Assembly: GCA_038128265.1 (NCBI GenBank)
Contig: JAYPJE010000037.1
Location: 1 to 41,784 of the forward strand
Source of the DNA: Gemmatimonadota bacterium
GTDB lineage: Bacteria > Latescibacterota > UBA2968 > UBA8231
Length of the DNA stretch: 41,784 nucleotides
Direction: 5' to 3'
This document shows, piece after piece, positions 1-9,161 of the stretch (the first letter of the stretch is position 1; every line of letters begins with the position of its first letter). The position numbers were made by a program, and so were the translations under genes. The notes below the pieces were generated by a model. The model worked only from the letters and a program-made list of their open reading frames with translations. It was not told where the DNA came from and made no database searches.

Positions 1-35
1 GGCATATTCCGGGCTATGTATTTGCGGATCTTCAT
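1..35 (-). CDS. flhF: Start of flagellar SRP-like GTPase FlhF (partial, runs off the left edge)
   Basis: ATG at 35 reads MKIRKYIARNM, typical of the FlhF N-terminus. It lies in the canonical position after flhA and overlaps the flhA 3' end in another frame. Only 11 codons are visible. Confidence 0.7.
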   Translation of the reverse strand, partial: MKIRKYIARNM

Positions 36-2088
36 TTACGTCCAACGCGATATTACCGACCGATGCAACTTCCACATCGGGCGCGATTTCATTGTATGAC
101 AGCACGTGGAGCACTGGGAAATTAGCCGCAGTTAGCTTGCGGAATGCCAGGCGTATTTGCGGCGAAGCCAGCACGACCGGCTGCTGCCCGTTGGCGACCA
201 TCTGATCGATCAACTCCGTCAAAAGCACAAAGATTTCATTGGCCACATCGGGTGCCAACGCAACGACGATACCGGCCGGTGAGCTCTGTACGGCCTCGAC
301 TACGAGCTGTTCTACGACTCCGTCTATGGTCAACACGGCGATGGTGTTGTCCGGAGACTCCTTTAGCAGCGCATTGCAAATCGACCGGCGCAGTGCCGTG
401 CGCGCGTATTCGCCCAGGACTTCGACGTCGTCGATTCGATCGTGATCTGCCAATACTTCAAGTATAGTGCGCAAGTCGCGAATAGGCACGCGCTCGGAGA
501 GCAGGTTTTGCAGCACGCGCTGCAATTTGCCCACAGCAGCCGAGTCGGGAACGAGTTCTTCCACTACGTTCGGGTAGGCCTGTTTTAGCTCGTCGAGTAG
601 ATGCTGGGTCTCCTGACGGCCGAGCAGCTCGTGCGCGTAGTTATTAATTACTTCGGTCAGGTGCGTGGCCAATACGGCAACGGGTTCGACGACGTTGTAT
701 CCCAGCAGCTCTGCCTTCTCGCGCAGCGACGGTGCGATCCAACGCGCCGGCAGTCCAAATACCGGATCGATGGCCTGCACCCCTTCTATCGTTCCCTCGG
801 CAAAACCGGGATCGATGGCCAGCAGTTGCTTTGCCTGCAGCTCGCCGCGCGCCACGGGGTTGCCTTTGACGCGTATCTCATAGGAGGTAGGCTGCAGTTC
901 CGTGCTGTCGCGCACGCGCACGGGCGGCGCAACATACCCCATATCCATGGCAGCCACTTTGCGAATTTGCACGATCCGCTCAATCAGATCTCCACCCTGT
1001 TTGGCATCGACTAGCGGCACGAGCTGATAGCCGACCTGCACTTCCAGCTGATCTACGCGCAAATAATCTTCAGGGCGCTCTTCAGGCTGATCGATTTCTT
1101 CCTGCGCAGCCACTTCCATTGCCTCATGCTGCAGCCGACGCCGGCGCACCAACAGCGCCACGCTGACCAACAGCGAGCCAATCGCGGCAAAGGGCCAGGT
1201 AGGCAAACCAGGGATCAACCCCATGGCCATTAGCATAGTACCTGCAATGATGCCGGCCTGGGGACGTCCCATTAGCTGCTGATTAATGTCGGAACCCATA
1301 TTGCCGTCGCTGGTGGCACGGGTAACGATAATACCAGCCGCTGTGGATGTAATGAGCGCCGGAATCTGCGTTACCAAACCATCACCCACCGTCAGCAGCG
1401 TATAGGTCTGCAGCGCTTCGTTAAGGCTCAGCCCGCGCTGCAGCACGCCAATGGCAAAACCACCAATGATATTCACCAGCGTAATGAGAATACCCGCTAC
1501 GGCATCGCCGCGCACAAACTTGCTGGCACCGTCCATTGCACCGTAAAAATCGGCCTCGCGCGAGATATCCTCGCGCCGCTTCTTGGCGTCCTGTTCGTCT
1601 ATGAGTCCCGCATTGAGATCGGCATCAATCGCCATCTGCTTGCCCGGCATGGCATCCAAAGTAAAGCGTGCGGCCACTTCTGCGACGCGACCAGCACCTT
1701 TGGTAATGACGACAAACTGGATAATGATAACGATGATAAAGATGATGAAACCGAGAACAAAGTTACCGCGCACGACGACGTCGCCAAAAGCCTCGATGAG
1801 GCGACCAGCGTCGGCCTCACTCAGAATAAGCCGCGTAGAGGCGACGTTCAGCGAGAGGCGAAACAGCGTGAGCACCAAGAGCAATCCGGGAAAAACCGAC
1901 AGCTCCAGCGGCGCCGTTATATAAATCGTTAGCATCAGCACCAAGAGTGCCAGGCTGATATTAAACGTCAGCAAAAAGTCGAGCACAAAGGTCGGCAGGG
2001 GCACGATCATCACCGCGAGGATGGTAATCACGCCAATAGCCACCAGCACGTCGGTATGCTGTGCCAGCATTTGCAGCCATCTACGCAT
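1..2088 (-). CDS. flhA: Flagellar export gate protein FlhA (stop lies beyond the left edge; absent from the ORF track)
   Basis: Manual translation. GGAGG RBS, then MRRWLQMLAQHTDVLVAIGVITILAVMIVPLPTFVLDFLL. Contains RVAEVAARFTLDAMPGKQMAIDADL, FYGAMDGASKFVRGDA and a C-terminal LSYNEI. Confidence 0.97.
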   Translation of the reverse strand, partial: MRRWLQMLAQHTDVLVAIGVITILAVMIVPLPTFVLDFLLTFNISLALLVLMLTIYITAPLELSVFPGLLLVLTLFRLSLNVASTRLILSEADAGRLIEAFGDVVVRGNFVLGFIIFIIVIIIQFVVITKGAGRVAEVAARFTLDAMPGKQMAIDADLNAGLIDEQDAKKRREDISREADFYGAMDGASKFVRGDAVAGILITLVNIIGGFAIGVLQRGLSLNEALQTYTLLTVGDGLVTQIPALITSTAAGIIVTRATSDGNMGSDINQQLMGRPQAGIIAGTMLMAMGLIPGLPTWPFAAIGSLLVSVALLVRRRRLQHEAMEVAAQEEIDQPEERPEDYLRVDQLEVQVGYQLVPLVDAKQGGDLIERIVQIRKVAAMDMGYVAPPVRVRDSTELQPTSYEIRVKGNPVARGELQAKQLLAIDPGFAEGTIEGVQAIDPVFGLPARWIAPSLREKAELLGYNVVEPVAVLATHLTEVINNYAHELLGRQETQHLLDELKQAYPNVVEELVPDSAAVGKLQRVLQNLLSERVPIRDLRTILEVLADHDRIDDVEVLGEYARTALRRSICNALLKESPDNTIAVLTIDGVVEQLVVEAVQSSPAGIVVALAPDVANEIFVLLTELIDQMVANGQQPVVLASPQIRLAFRKLTAANFPVLHVLSYNEIAPDVEVASVGNIALDVNEDPQIHSPEYA

Positions 2089-2281
2089 GGCTCAGCCTCC
2101 CCGATATTACAGCCAGTAGGGCCAACGCGACGTCGACGACCAGCAGGGCACTGGCAGCCAGGTCGGGCAGCGGTAAGACCATCACCGCAAGACTAATAGC
2201 CACGCCGGCACTTACCAACCAACCGGTGCGCCGTGTGAGCGTTTGCAATCGCTCGAGTGCGCGTTGGGCGATACCGTGCAT
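2081..2281 (-). CDS. 66-aa membrane peptide resembling the first two TM helices of FlhA
   Basis: GVAISLAVMVLPLPDLAASALLVVDVALALL aligns without gaps to FlhA GVITILAVMIVPLPTFVLDFLLTFNISLALL. Its ATG overlaps the flhB TGA and its TAG overlaps the start of flhA. Confidence 0.6.
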   Translation of the reverse strand: MHGIAQRALERLQTLTRRTGWLVSAGVAISLAVMVLPLPDLAASALLVVDVALALLAVISGRLSHA

Positions 2282-3360
2282 CAGGCGTTGCTCCCGGCTT
2301 TGCCGCGTTTGAGTTGGAAAACAAAGGCCAAAACCTGGGCCACGGCCTTAAACAGATCTTCCGGTATCTCTTCGCCGATGCGCACGACTTTAAACAGCGC
2401 ACGCGCCAGCGGCTTGTTTTCGACCAGAGGAACACCGGCCTCGCGCGCTAATTCCTTGATGCGCTGAGCGACCAGGCGCTGCCCCTTAGCGACCACGCGG
2501 GGGGCCCCCATCGTCTCTACATCGTATTTGAGGGCAACCGCCACGTGCGTTGGGTTTGTCACCACCACATCGGCCGTACCGACGTCGTCCATCATGCGCC
2601 GCTGCGACATCTCGCGCTGCAGGTTGCGAACGCGGGAGCGGACCATCGGATCGCCTTCCTGCTGTTTTACCTCTTCGCGCACTTCCTGCCGCGTCATGCG
2701 CAGATTTTTTTCGTAATCCCAGCGCTGAAAGGCGTAGTCGAGAATAGCCATGACCAAGAGCATCAGCACAATGCGAAAGGCCAGCTTGATTATGACGCTG
2801 CCGCTGAGTGCGAAAATCTGTCCGACACTCATATCCATATAGGCGATAAAGCTGTCCATATCGGCAGAAATAGTCAGATACGTCACAAAGACCACCGCCC
2901 CGATCTTGAACAGCCCCTTTCCCAGCTCGACCAAACCGCGGCTGGAAAAAATGCGCTTGAGGCCGCTGAAAGGACTCAGGCGCTGCGCCTTCGGAGTCAG
3001 CGGTTCCAGTGTGAAGAGGACGCCGACCTGCGCGTAGTTGATTCCGAGCGCTGCGATGACCAGCAGGACGACAACGGGCCCTACCACCCGCACGTATCCG
3101 ATGGCCCAGTCGGCAAGGGAGAGGCGCAGGCTGCTGGCGTCCAGTTCAATAAAAACGCCGTTGGTCAGCATATCGACCATGAGCAGGCTGAGTTGGTCAT
3201 ACATGTAGGGGCCCAGTGCCGACAGCGCCAGCAAACCAGCCGTGAGAATGGCAATCGAACTCAGTTCGCTGCTGCGCGCGACCTGCCCTTTGCGCCGCGC
3301 GTCTTCGCGCCGCTTTGGCGTAGCCTGCTCTGTCTTCTCCTGAAAGGATTCTTCAGCCAT
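2281..3360 (-). CDS. flhB: Flagellar export switch protein FlhB
   Basis: EKTEQATPKRREDARRKGQV N-terminus, KQQEGDP and the NPTH autocleavage motif; 359 aa. Confidence 0.98.
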   Translation of the reverse strand: MAEESFQEKTEQATPKRREDARRKGQVARSSELSSIAILTAGLLALSALGPYMYDQLSLLMVDMLTNGVFIELDASSLRLSLADWAIGYVRVVGPVVVLLVIAALGINYAQVGVLFTLEPLTPKAQRLSPFSGLKRIFSSRGLVELGKGLFKIGAVVFVTYLTISADMDSFIAYMDMSVGQIFALSGSVIIKLAFRIVLMLLVMAILDYAFQRWDYEKNLRMTRQEVREEVKQQEGDPMVRSRVRNLQREMSQRRMMDDVGTADVVVTNPTHVAVALKYDVETMGAPRVVAKGQRLVAQRIKELAREAGVPLVENKPLARALFKVVRIGEEIPEDLFKAVAQVLAFVFQLKRGKAGSNA

Positions 3361-3372
3361 GACCCACCGCGC

Positions 3373-4143
3373 TCAGGCGAAAAAGTCGATCAGCGCAAAA
3401 AAGTCGCGCTCTAAAATGTGTAGTGACTTGTCGAGTAAGATGCGAAAAAGCGGCAGCGAAGCGACCAGTACAAAGAGGCCGACGGCTAGCTGCACGGGAA
3501 AGCCCACGATAAAGACGTTCATTTGCGGCACGGTGCGCGCCAGCACGCCCATCGCAACGGATACCAGAAATAGGGCGATCAGTATTGGTGCGCTGATCTT
3601 GATGGCCACGGCAAAGAGCGTACTGGTCAGCGCGATTAGCTTGGTCGCTACAGGCGCTTTGAATACGACCCCTCCAAGCGGCACGGCCTCGAAGCTGGCC
3701 ATGAGCCCGTTGAGAATGATGTGATGCCCATCTAGTGAAAAAATCAGCAGTACCGCGAGAATATTGAGAAACTGTCCAATGATCGAAATTTGGTCGTGCG
3801 ACTGCGGGTCGATGACATTGACGATACCAAATCCCATTTGCAAACCAGCGAGCTGACCGGCAAACTGGATACCGACAAAGAGCAGCAGCACGGAAAAGCC
3901 CAGCACGATGCCCATGAGGACTTCGCGCACGAGTACAAAGGCGTAAGGCAGAAACCCCTCGGGAATATCGAGCCCCCCATCCGCCACGCTGGGAAATATG
4001 ACCAGGGAAACCATAAAGGCCATGCCCACTTTGGCACGCGCTAGGTAGAGCCGATGCCCAAAAATCGGCGCAACGACTAGTAGCGCGCTGACGCGCAGCA
4101 GCACCAGAAGGAATATGTGGAATTGATCGAGCCAATACGCCAC
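3373..4143 (-). CDS. fliR: Flagellar export protein FliR
   Basis: Hydrophobic 256 aa with AGQLAGLQMGFG, LDGHH and LARTVPQMNVFIVGFP; synteny. Confidence 0.96.
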   Translation of the reverse strand: MAYWLDQFHIFLLVLLRVSALLVVAPIFGHRLYLARAKVGMAFMVSLVIFPSVADGGLDIPEGFLPYAFVLVREVLMGIVLGFSVLLLFVGIQFAGQLAGLQMGFGIVNVIDPQSHDQISIIGQFLNILAVLLIFSLDGHHIILNGLMASFEAVPLGGVVFKAPVATKLIALTSTLFAVAIKISAPILIALFLVSVAMGVLARTVPQMNVFIVGFPVQLAVGLFVLVASLPLFRILLDKSLHILERDFFALIDFFA

Positions 4144-4152
4144 GCTTCTTCC

Positions 4153-4422
4153 CTATCCGATAATTGTGGGAATGCTGCTGATGAGGCCAGTGGTGAAATC
4201 AATCATGCGGCGAATGGTCCACGGCAGCAGCAGCGATACGATGGCAGCAACGGCTATGATCTTGGGAATAAAGGTCAGCGTCATCTCGTGAATTTGCGTG
4301 ACCGCCTGAAAGATACTCACCATCAAACCGACGAGCAGGGCCACTAACAGCGTAGGACCCGCCACTACGAGCACCAGCATCAGCGTGTCCTGTCCCAGTT
4401 TAACTACGTATTCTGGCGTCAT
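4153..4422 (-). CDS. fliQ: Flagellar export protein FliQ
   Basis: 89 aa with SIFQAVTQIHEMTLTFIPK. Confidence 0.97.
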   Translation of the reverse strand: MTPEYVVKLGQDTLMLVLVVAGPTLLVALLVGLMVSIFQAVTQIHEMTLTFIPKIIAVAAIVSLLLPWTIRRMIDFTTGLISSIPTIIG

Positions 4423-4433
4423 ATCGCTCTCTT

Positions 4434-5204
4434 TTAATTGAAGCTCTTTACCAGCGACTGCATCAGTAAGTTCCAGCCGTCTACCAGCACGAATAGCAGG
4501 ATCTTAAACGGCAGCGAAACCATAATTGGCGGCAACATCATCATACCCATCGACAGCAGAATGCTGGAAACGACCAAGTCAATGACCAAAAAGGGAATAA
4601 ACAGGATGAAGCCAATCTGAAACGCGGTGCGCAATTCGCTGATGATAAAGCTTGGAATCAGCACGGAGTTGGGTATTTCCGAGCGATTCCTCGGCTGCTC
4701 AATGCGCGCCATGCGCACAAAGAGCGCCATGTCCTTCTGCCGCGTTTGCTTGAGCATAAACTCGCGAATGGGCTCCATCCCCCGATCCAACGCCACCTTG
4801 TAGGGTATTTCGTCTTCTACCAGCGGCTGAATCGCCTCGTCGTTTACGCGATCCCACACCGGCGACATAACGAAGAAGGTCAGAAAGAGCGATAGCCCAA
4901 TCAGAAGCTGATTGGGTGGCATCTGCTGCGTGCCGATAGCCGTGCGCAAAAACGAGAGCACGACGACGATGCGCGTGAATGAGGTCATCATGATCAAGAT
5001 GGAAGGCGCGAGCGAGAGGATCGTCAGCAGGAAAATGATCTGCAGCGAGACAGCGGCATCGCCGCCTTCCTGTGCATCTTCTACCTGCAGACTTATTTTC
5101 GGCAGCGCCTGGGCCTGCGCATCATTGCAAACGGCCCCAACGCACAGAAAGATCAGTATGCCCACCCAGCGAGGAAGGCGCTCCATCCGTAGCAGCGTAT
5201 TCAT
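4434..5204 (-). CDS. fliP: Flagellar export protein FliP
   Basis: [28 protein letters not shown] and [14 protein letters not shown]. Start moved to ATG 5204, which has a GGAGGGG RBS and an ATGA overlap with fliO. Confidence 0.97.
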   Translation of the reverse strand: MNTLLRMERLPRWVGILIFLCVGAVCNDAQAQALPKISLQVEDAQEGGDAAVSLQIIFLLTILSLAPSILIMMTSFTRIVVVLSFLRTAIGTQQMPPNQLLIGLSLFLTFFVMSPVWDRVNDEAIQPLVEDEIPYKVALDRGMEPIREFMLKQTRQKDMALFVRMARIEQPRNRSEIPNSVLIPSFIISELRTAFQIGFILFIPFLVIDLVVSSILLSMGMMMLPPIMVSLPFKILLFVLVDGWNLLMQSLVKSFN

Positions 5205-5797
5205 CTCCCCTCCTGTGTGGTGTGTTTGAGCACACTTTTGAGTTGAGCGGCAAAGGGCGAAGCCTTTTCGGCGGGCGGCGATAAGTCCAACGACCCCGCC
5301 TCCCACTCGGCCAGCGTGGCAATGTGTTCGTCGGTGACGCCCAAGGCGAGGGCGCGATCGCCGATTTCCACCAAAAACACCGCTTTTTTGGGCCCTAAGT
5401 AGGCGCGTTCAGCGACGCGAATAAGGCTATTATCCGCTCCCAACTGACGCCCCAACGTGCTCTTTCGCAGCACATGGGCGGCTCCCCAGGCCAGCAGCAC
5501 GACCAGCGCCAGGCCTAGGCCCAAGCGCATGGATATGCTCCAGATATCATCTTCGGGCGCTTCTGGTAGTTCCTCTGCCAGCAGCGCACCGGACCGCGGG
5601 TCGACCGATCGGGGGTGGGGGGCCTCCGCGGCCGCGGCGGGCGCTTCCGGCGATTGTGCTGCGACCTGTGCGCCGGCGACGACGAGCGACTCTGATACCA
5701 CAGCCGTTCCCTCGGCCATGGCGCTGGTCGACCACCACGCGATTGCAAATACCATCCCGAGGACGGCTTGCCAACTGCTCCACTTTGCGTATTTCAT
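5201..5797 (-). CDS. fliO: Flagellar biosynthesis protein FliO/FliZ
   Basis: Signal-like N-terminus, a TM helix and the [30 protein letters not shown]liO motif; directly upstream of fliP. Confidence 0.88.
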   Translation of the reverse strand: MKYAKWSSWQAVLGMVFAIAWWSTSAMAEGTAVVSESLVVAGAQVAAQSPEAPAAAAEAPHPRSVDPRSGALLAEELPEAPEDDIWSISMRLGLGLALVVLLAWGAAHVLRKSTLGRQLGADNSLIRVAERAYLGPKKAVFLVEIGDRALALGVTDEHIATLAEWEAGSLDLSPPAEKASPFAAQLKSVLKHTTQEGR

Positions 5798-5833
5798 GAT
5801 CCTCGCTCTCGAGTGTTACCCATGCGCAGTGGA

Positions 5834-5848
5834 GCAACATATATGCCA
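5834..5848 (-). promoter_or_regulatory. sigma54 (-24/-12) promoter for the fliO-flhF unit
   Basis: Minus strand reads TGGCATATATGTTGC, with exact GG-N10-GC spacing, about 36 nt upstream of the fliO start. Confidence 0.85.
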
Positions 5849-5860
5849 TTTCCCCCAAAC

Positions 5861-5888
5861 AAAAAAAGAGGGACCGATTGGCCCCTCT
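5861..5888 (-). terminator. Rho-independent terminator downstream of fliN
   Basis: Minus strand GAGGGGCC-AATC-GGTCCCTC followed by a T7 tract. Confidence 0.8.
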
Positions 5889-6008
5889 ACACACGCACTC
5901 ACGCGCCCTAAACCGAGCGCTTTTTTCTTTTTAAGATTTTGTTATAAATAAACTTATGCACTATTATATGCGGACTCGCCCACGCCCACAACGGCCTGCC
6001 AACCTAGG

Positions 6009-6046
6009 CGGCACAAACTTCCTTCAGAGGGAATATATTTCCCCTT
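6009..6046. promoter_or_regulatory. Candidate tandem enhancer (bEBP UAS) boxes
   Basis: GGCACAAACTTCC (6010) and GGAATATATTTCC (6030) are imperfect palindromes 20 bp apart, 160-200 bp upstream of the sigma54 site and separated from it by an AT-rich tract. Confidence 0.45.
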
Positions 6047-6063
6047 CACTGCCTACGGTGGGG

Positions 6064-6606
6064 CTATAGCTCGCTCACATTGCCCAAAATTTCGGTAATG
6101 CGCACGCCGAAATTTTCCGATACGGTTACGACTTCTCCGCGGGCGAAAACCTTGCCGTTTACCAGAATATCCACCGGGTCACCCACCTGTTTATCGAGCT
6201 CTACAAGGGACTGCTCACCGTAGTTAAGCACCTCTTCAAGCGTTTGTCGCGTTCGCCCTAACTCTATTGTGACGCTCAGGTTTACGTCCATTAAGCGAGC
6301 GATATTGGCCGGAATACCGGACGCGCCGCCTCCCGCATTACCTCCCGCCGCTGGCAGCCCGCCGGAAAAGTCCATGCCCCCGCCACCGCCTTCGTCTTCC
6401 ATGGCTTTGAGCATTTCCATTTCCATCATGCGGTCAACGTCTTCCTGCGAACCGCCTTCATCGCCGTCGCCCTCTTCCTCCATCATCTTCAGCATCTCTT
6501 CGGCAAGCGGATCGAGGTCGTCCCCGCCTTCCCCCTCATCCCCACCGCCGACAGCGTCGGCTAGCGCATCGAGTTCGTCTTCAGATACTTCGTCTTCTTC
6601 GGCCAT
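6064..6606 (-). CDS. fliN: Flagellar motor switch protein FliN with an acidic N-terminal extension
   Basis: C-terminal SpoA domain (VTIELGRT, DPVDILVNGKVFARGEVV, NFGVRITEI); follows fliM. Confidence 0.93.
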   Translation of the reverse strand: MAEEDEVSEDELDALADAVGGGDEGEGGDDLDPLAEEMLKMMEEEGDGDEGGSQEDVDRMMEMEMLKAMEDEGGGGGMDFSGGLPAAGGNAGGGASGIPANIARLMDVNLSVTIELGRTRQTLEEVLNYGEQSLVELDKQVGDPVDILVNGKVFARGEVVTVSENFGVRITEILGNVSEL

Positions 6607-6648
6607 GATGGCTTTCTCCGCCTGTAGTTAGTCGCCCGATTGGCGCAC

Positions 6649-7701
6649 TTAGTCCGATATAATCGGCTTGCTTTTGTTCTTGAAAATCACCTCGTCATCC
6701 GGCTCGATATACTCGGTGATTTGCACGGCGTTGTGACGTCCCATACGACCTGGACGACCGATGTATTTGGGCTCGTCTTTCACATAAATGACCGTCGGCT
6801 CGTTGATGCGCGTATCCATGGTCAGCACATCGCCCACCTGCAGGTCCTGCAGCGCGCGAAACGTCGTCATCCCACGCGCCAATTCAGCGCGAATTGGCAT
6901 ATAGGTCTTTTCCAGACGCAGCTTGTTCATGCGCAGCATTTCATCCTGGTTCATGCGATTGGTGCGCACGTAGGAAGTCTGCTGCAGGCGCGGCAGGATC
7001 GATTCCAGCGTAAAAAATGGATAGCACAGACTGACCAGACCCGATGCGTTGGTCGAGTTGACCTCAAAGGCCAGGAGAATCACGATTTCCGACGCGGCAG
7101 TAATCTGCATAAACTCCGGATTGGTCTCCAATTCGATATCGGAGATTTCCACGCGTAAGATCGGCTCCCAGGTCGCCTCTAGATCCTCGATAACCCGCTT
7201 GACAATGCGGTTGATAACGCCAATTTCGATCGGCGTTAGCTGGCGGGCCTCAACGCCCTGCGAAGAGCCCTTACCGCCGAAAATGCGATCGACAAAGGCG
7301 AAGACCACCGGCATGGCAAAGTCGATGATCGCCTGGCCATTGGTCGGCCCCAGCGTAAACTGGTACGAGCACGACGGATTCGACAGGCTCATGATAAACT
7401 CGGCGTACGTCGTCTGGTCTACAAAAGCGGTATCGACGTCGACCACCGCGCGCATGGCGCCGGAAAACGTCGACGAGAGCAGACGCGCAAAGTTGTCGTG
7501 CAAGTTCTCGAGGGTGCGCAGCTGGTCTTTATTGACACGCGCCGGATGCTTGAAGTCATAAGGCGTTATAATCCGCTGCGACGAAGCGTCGTCAAAGTCG
7601 GCCCCCCCAGCACCTAGATCACCCATTCCATCGGCATCTTCATCTCCATCGGTAGCCGAGAGAAGGGCATCAATTTCTTCCTGTGATAGTATATCGGCCA
7701 T
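6649..7701 (-). CDS. fliM: Flagellar motor switch protein FliM
   Basis: LSQEEIDALL CheY-binding motif, YDFKHP, FGGKG and LETNPEF. Confidence 0.97.
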   Translation of the reverse strand: MADILSQEEIDALLSATDGDEDADGMGDLGAGGADFDDASSQRIITPYDFKHPARVNKDQLRTLENLHDNFARLLSSTFSGAMRAVVDVDTAFVDQTTYAEFIMSLSNPSCSYQFTLGPTNGQAIIDFAMPVVFAFVDRIFGGKGSSQGVEARQLTPIEIGVINRIVKRVIEDLEATWEPILRVEISDIELETNPEFMQITAASEIVILLAFEVNSTNASGLVSLCYPFFTLESILPRLQQTSYVRTNRMNQDEMLRMNKLRLEKTYMPIRAELARGMTTFRALQDLQVGDVLTMDTRINEPTVIYVKDEPKYIGRPGRMGRHNAVQITEYIEPDDEVIFKNKSKPIISD

Positions 7702-7731
7702 CTGTAACTCCTCAACGCCGTTGGAGCGACG

Positions 7732-8361
7732 TCACTGAATAATGATATCCGATATGTTTAGCTCGACGACGCGCACTTCGAGCTTCTGCTCGTCGTTGAT
7801 CTGGAAAAGCCGTTCGAATATCTCTTTATTGATCATTTGGCGCATTTCATCTTCGATTTCGTCTTGGAACTGCGCGTCGAGTTCATCTACGGTCTTGCCG
7901 CGAATCGTGCGCATAATCAGCGACTTAATCTTTAAGTCGTAGAGCGCGATTTTCTTGATGATATCATCCTGATGAGCATCTTCAATCTTGTCCGTAATAT
8001 CGTTGTCAGGCGGCGATTCATCCGTATTGTAGGCCTCTAGCCCCAGCTGCACGCTCAGCACGACAAAGCGCTCGGAATTGGTGCCGGCCGGATTGGCGGT
8101 GATGGTCTTGAGATTCTCCGACACGTATAGATAGGGCAGTCGGCTCTTTTCCTCTTCCTGCCCCTGGCGAATCTCGACTTTGCCCTGCTCGGGTATAAGG
8201 GCCTCTTGATCCTCGCCAGGCACGTTGTCTTTTAGCGTGAACTGTATTACTACCCAGGCCAAAACGACCTGCGCTAGCAGCACTATGAGTGCCAGAGGAC
8301 CGTACTTCTTCAGTACGCTTCCGCCGTCACCGCCGCCATCTTCCGCTGCTTCTTCAGCCAT
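7732..8361 (-). CDS. fliL: Flagellar basal body-associated protein FliL
   Basis: N-terminal TM helix, ITANPAGTNSERFV, and C-terminal DIIIQ; lies between motB and fliM. Confidence 0.85.
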   Translation of the reverse strand: MAEEAAEDGGGDGGSVLKKYGPLALIVLLAQVVLAWVVIQFTLKDNVPGEDQEALIPEQGKVEIRQGQEEEKSRLPYLYVSENLKTITANPAGTNSERFVVLSVQLGLEAYNTDESPPDNDITDKIEDAHQDDIIKKIALYDLKIKSLIMRTIRGKTVDELDAQFQDEIEDEMRQMINKEIFERLFQINDEQKLEVRVVELNISDIIIQ

Positions 8362-8372
8362 AGCTTTCCTTC

Positions 8373-9158
8373 CTATTCCCCCTCGCCTTCCACGCCAATC
8401 TGCGCTTCCTGCAAGAGTTGCCTAACCAGTTCAGGCGACGATTCTTCGCTGTCCTGGTGATGGCGGACTTTTATCTCAACGCGCCTATTCGACGCGCGAT
8501 TCTCATCACTGTCATTGTCTAACAGCGGCTTAAACTCGCCGTGTCCGATCGCCGTCATGCGCTCGGCGCCGATACCGACCTCGTTTTGAAACACGTCTAG
8601 AACGCCCAGCGCACGCGCGCTCGACAGCCAGTGATTGCTGGGAAATTCCTCGTTTTTTATCGGCAAATCGTCCGTATGCCCTTCAATCTCAATGGGATTG
8701 GGCAAGCGGGCCAACACGCCGCCAATTTTGTTCAGTAGCGGAAGAATATCGGGCTTGATATCCGCCTTGCCGCTAGAAAAAACCGCATTGTCCTTTATGC
8801 GAATGGTAATGCCTTCTTCCGACTCAATGACCTCTACGTTCTCTTGCTGTGCCTCCGCCTCTACTTCCTTTTCAATCTCCGCCTTTGCGTCTTTCAAGGT
8901 CGGACGCGCCTCGGTGATATCGCCGCGCACGATAGGCACGTGCAGCTTGACCGGCGACGTCAGAATCGGGTCACCTGACAGCACGCCTAGGGCGCCCTGC
9001 AGCGAACCCACGGCTTTCTCAAAGTCGGATTGCTTTGTCGTAGAGAACGACAGCAGCAAGATGAAAAAGGTCAGCAGCAGCGACATCAAATCGCTGAAAG
9101 TCGCCAACCACCCGGGCAAACCCTGTGGGCACTCCGGGCATTTTTGCTTCTTAGCCAT
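8373..9158 (-). CDS. motB: Flagellar stator B subunit (MotB/PomB)
   Basis: WLATFSDLMSLLLTFFILL TM motif and an OmpA-like domain (IEGHTD, SNHWLSSARA, NRRVEI). Confidence 0.95.
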   Translation of the reverse strand: MAKKQKCPECPQGLPGWLATFSDLMSLLLTFFILLLSFSTTKQSDFEKAVGSLQGALGVLSGDPILTSPVKLHVPIVRGDITEARPTLKDAKAEIEKEVEAEAQQENVEVIESEEGITIRIKDNAVFSSGKADIKPDILPLLNKIGGVLARLPNPIEIEGHTDDLPIKNEEFPSNHWLSSARALGVLDVFQNEVGIGAERMTAIGHGEFKPLLDNDSDENRASNRRVEIKVRHHQDSEESSPELVRQLLQEAQIGVEGEGE

Positions 9159-9161
9159 GCG

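Noticed and set aside
2081..2281. 66-aa ORF as a frameshifted true N-terminus of flhA
   Set aside because: flhA has its own RBS, ATG and complete TM1-TM2, so no frameshift is needed.
6064..6606. FliY
   Set aside because: Too short and lacks a CheC-like phosphatase domain.
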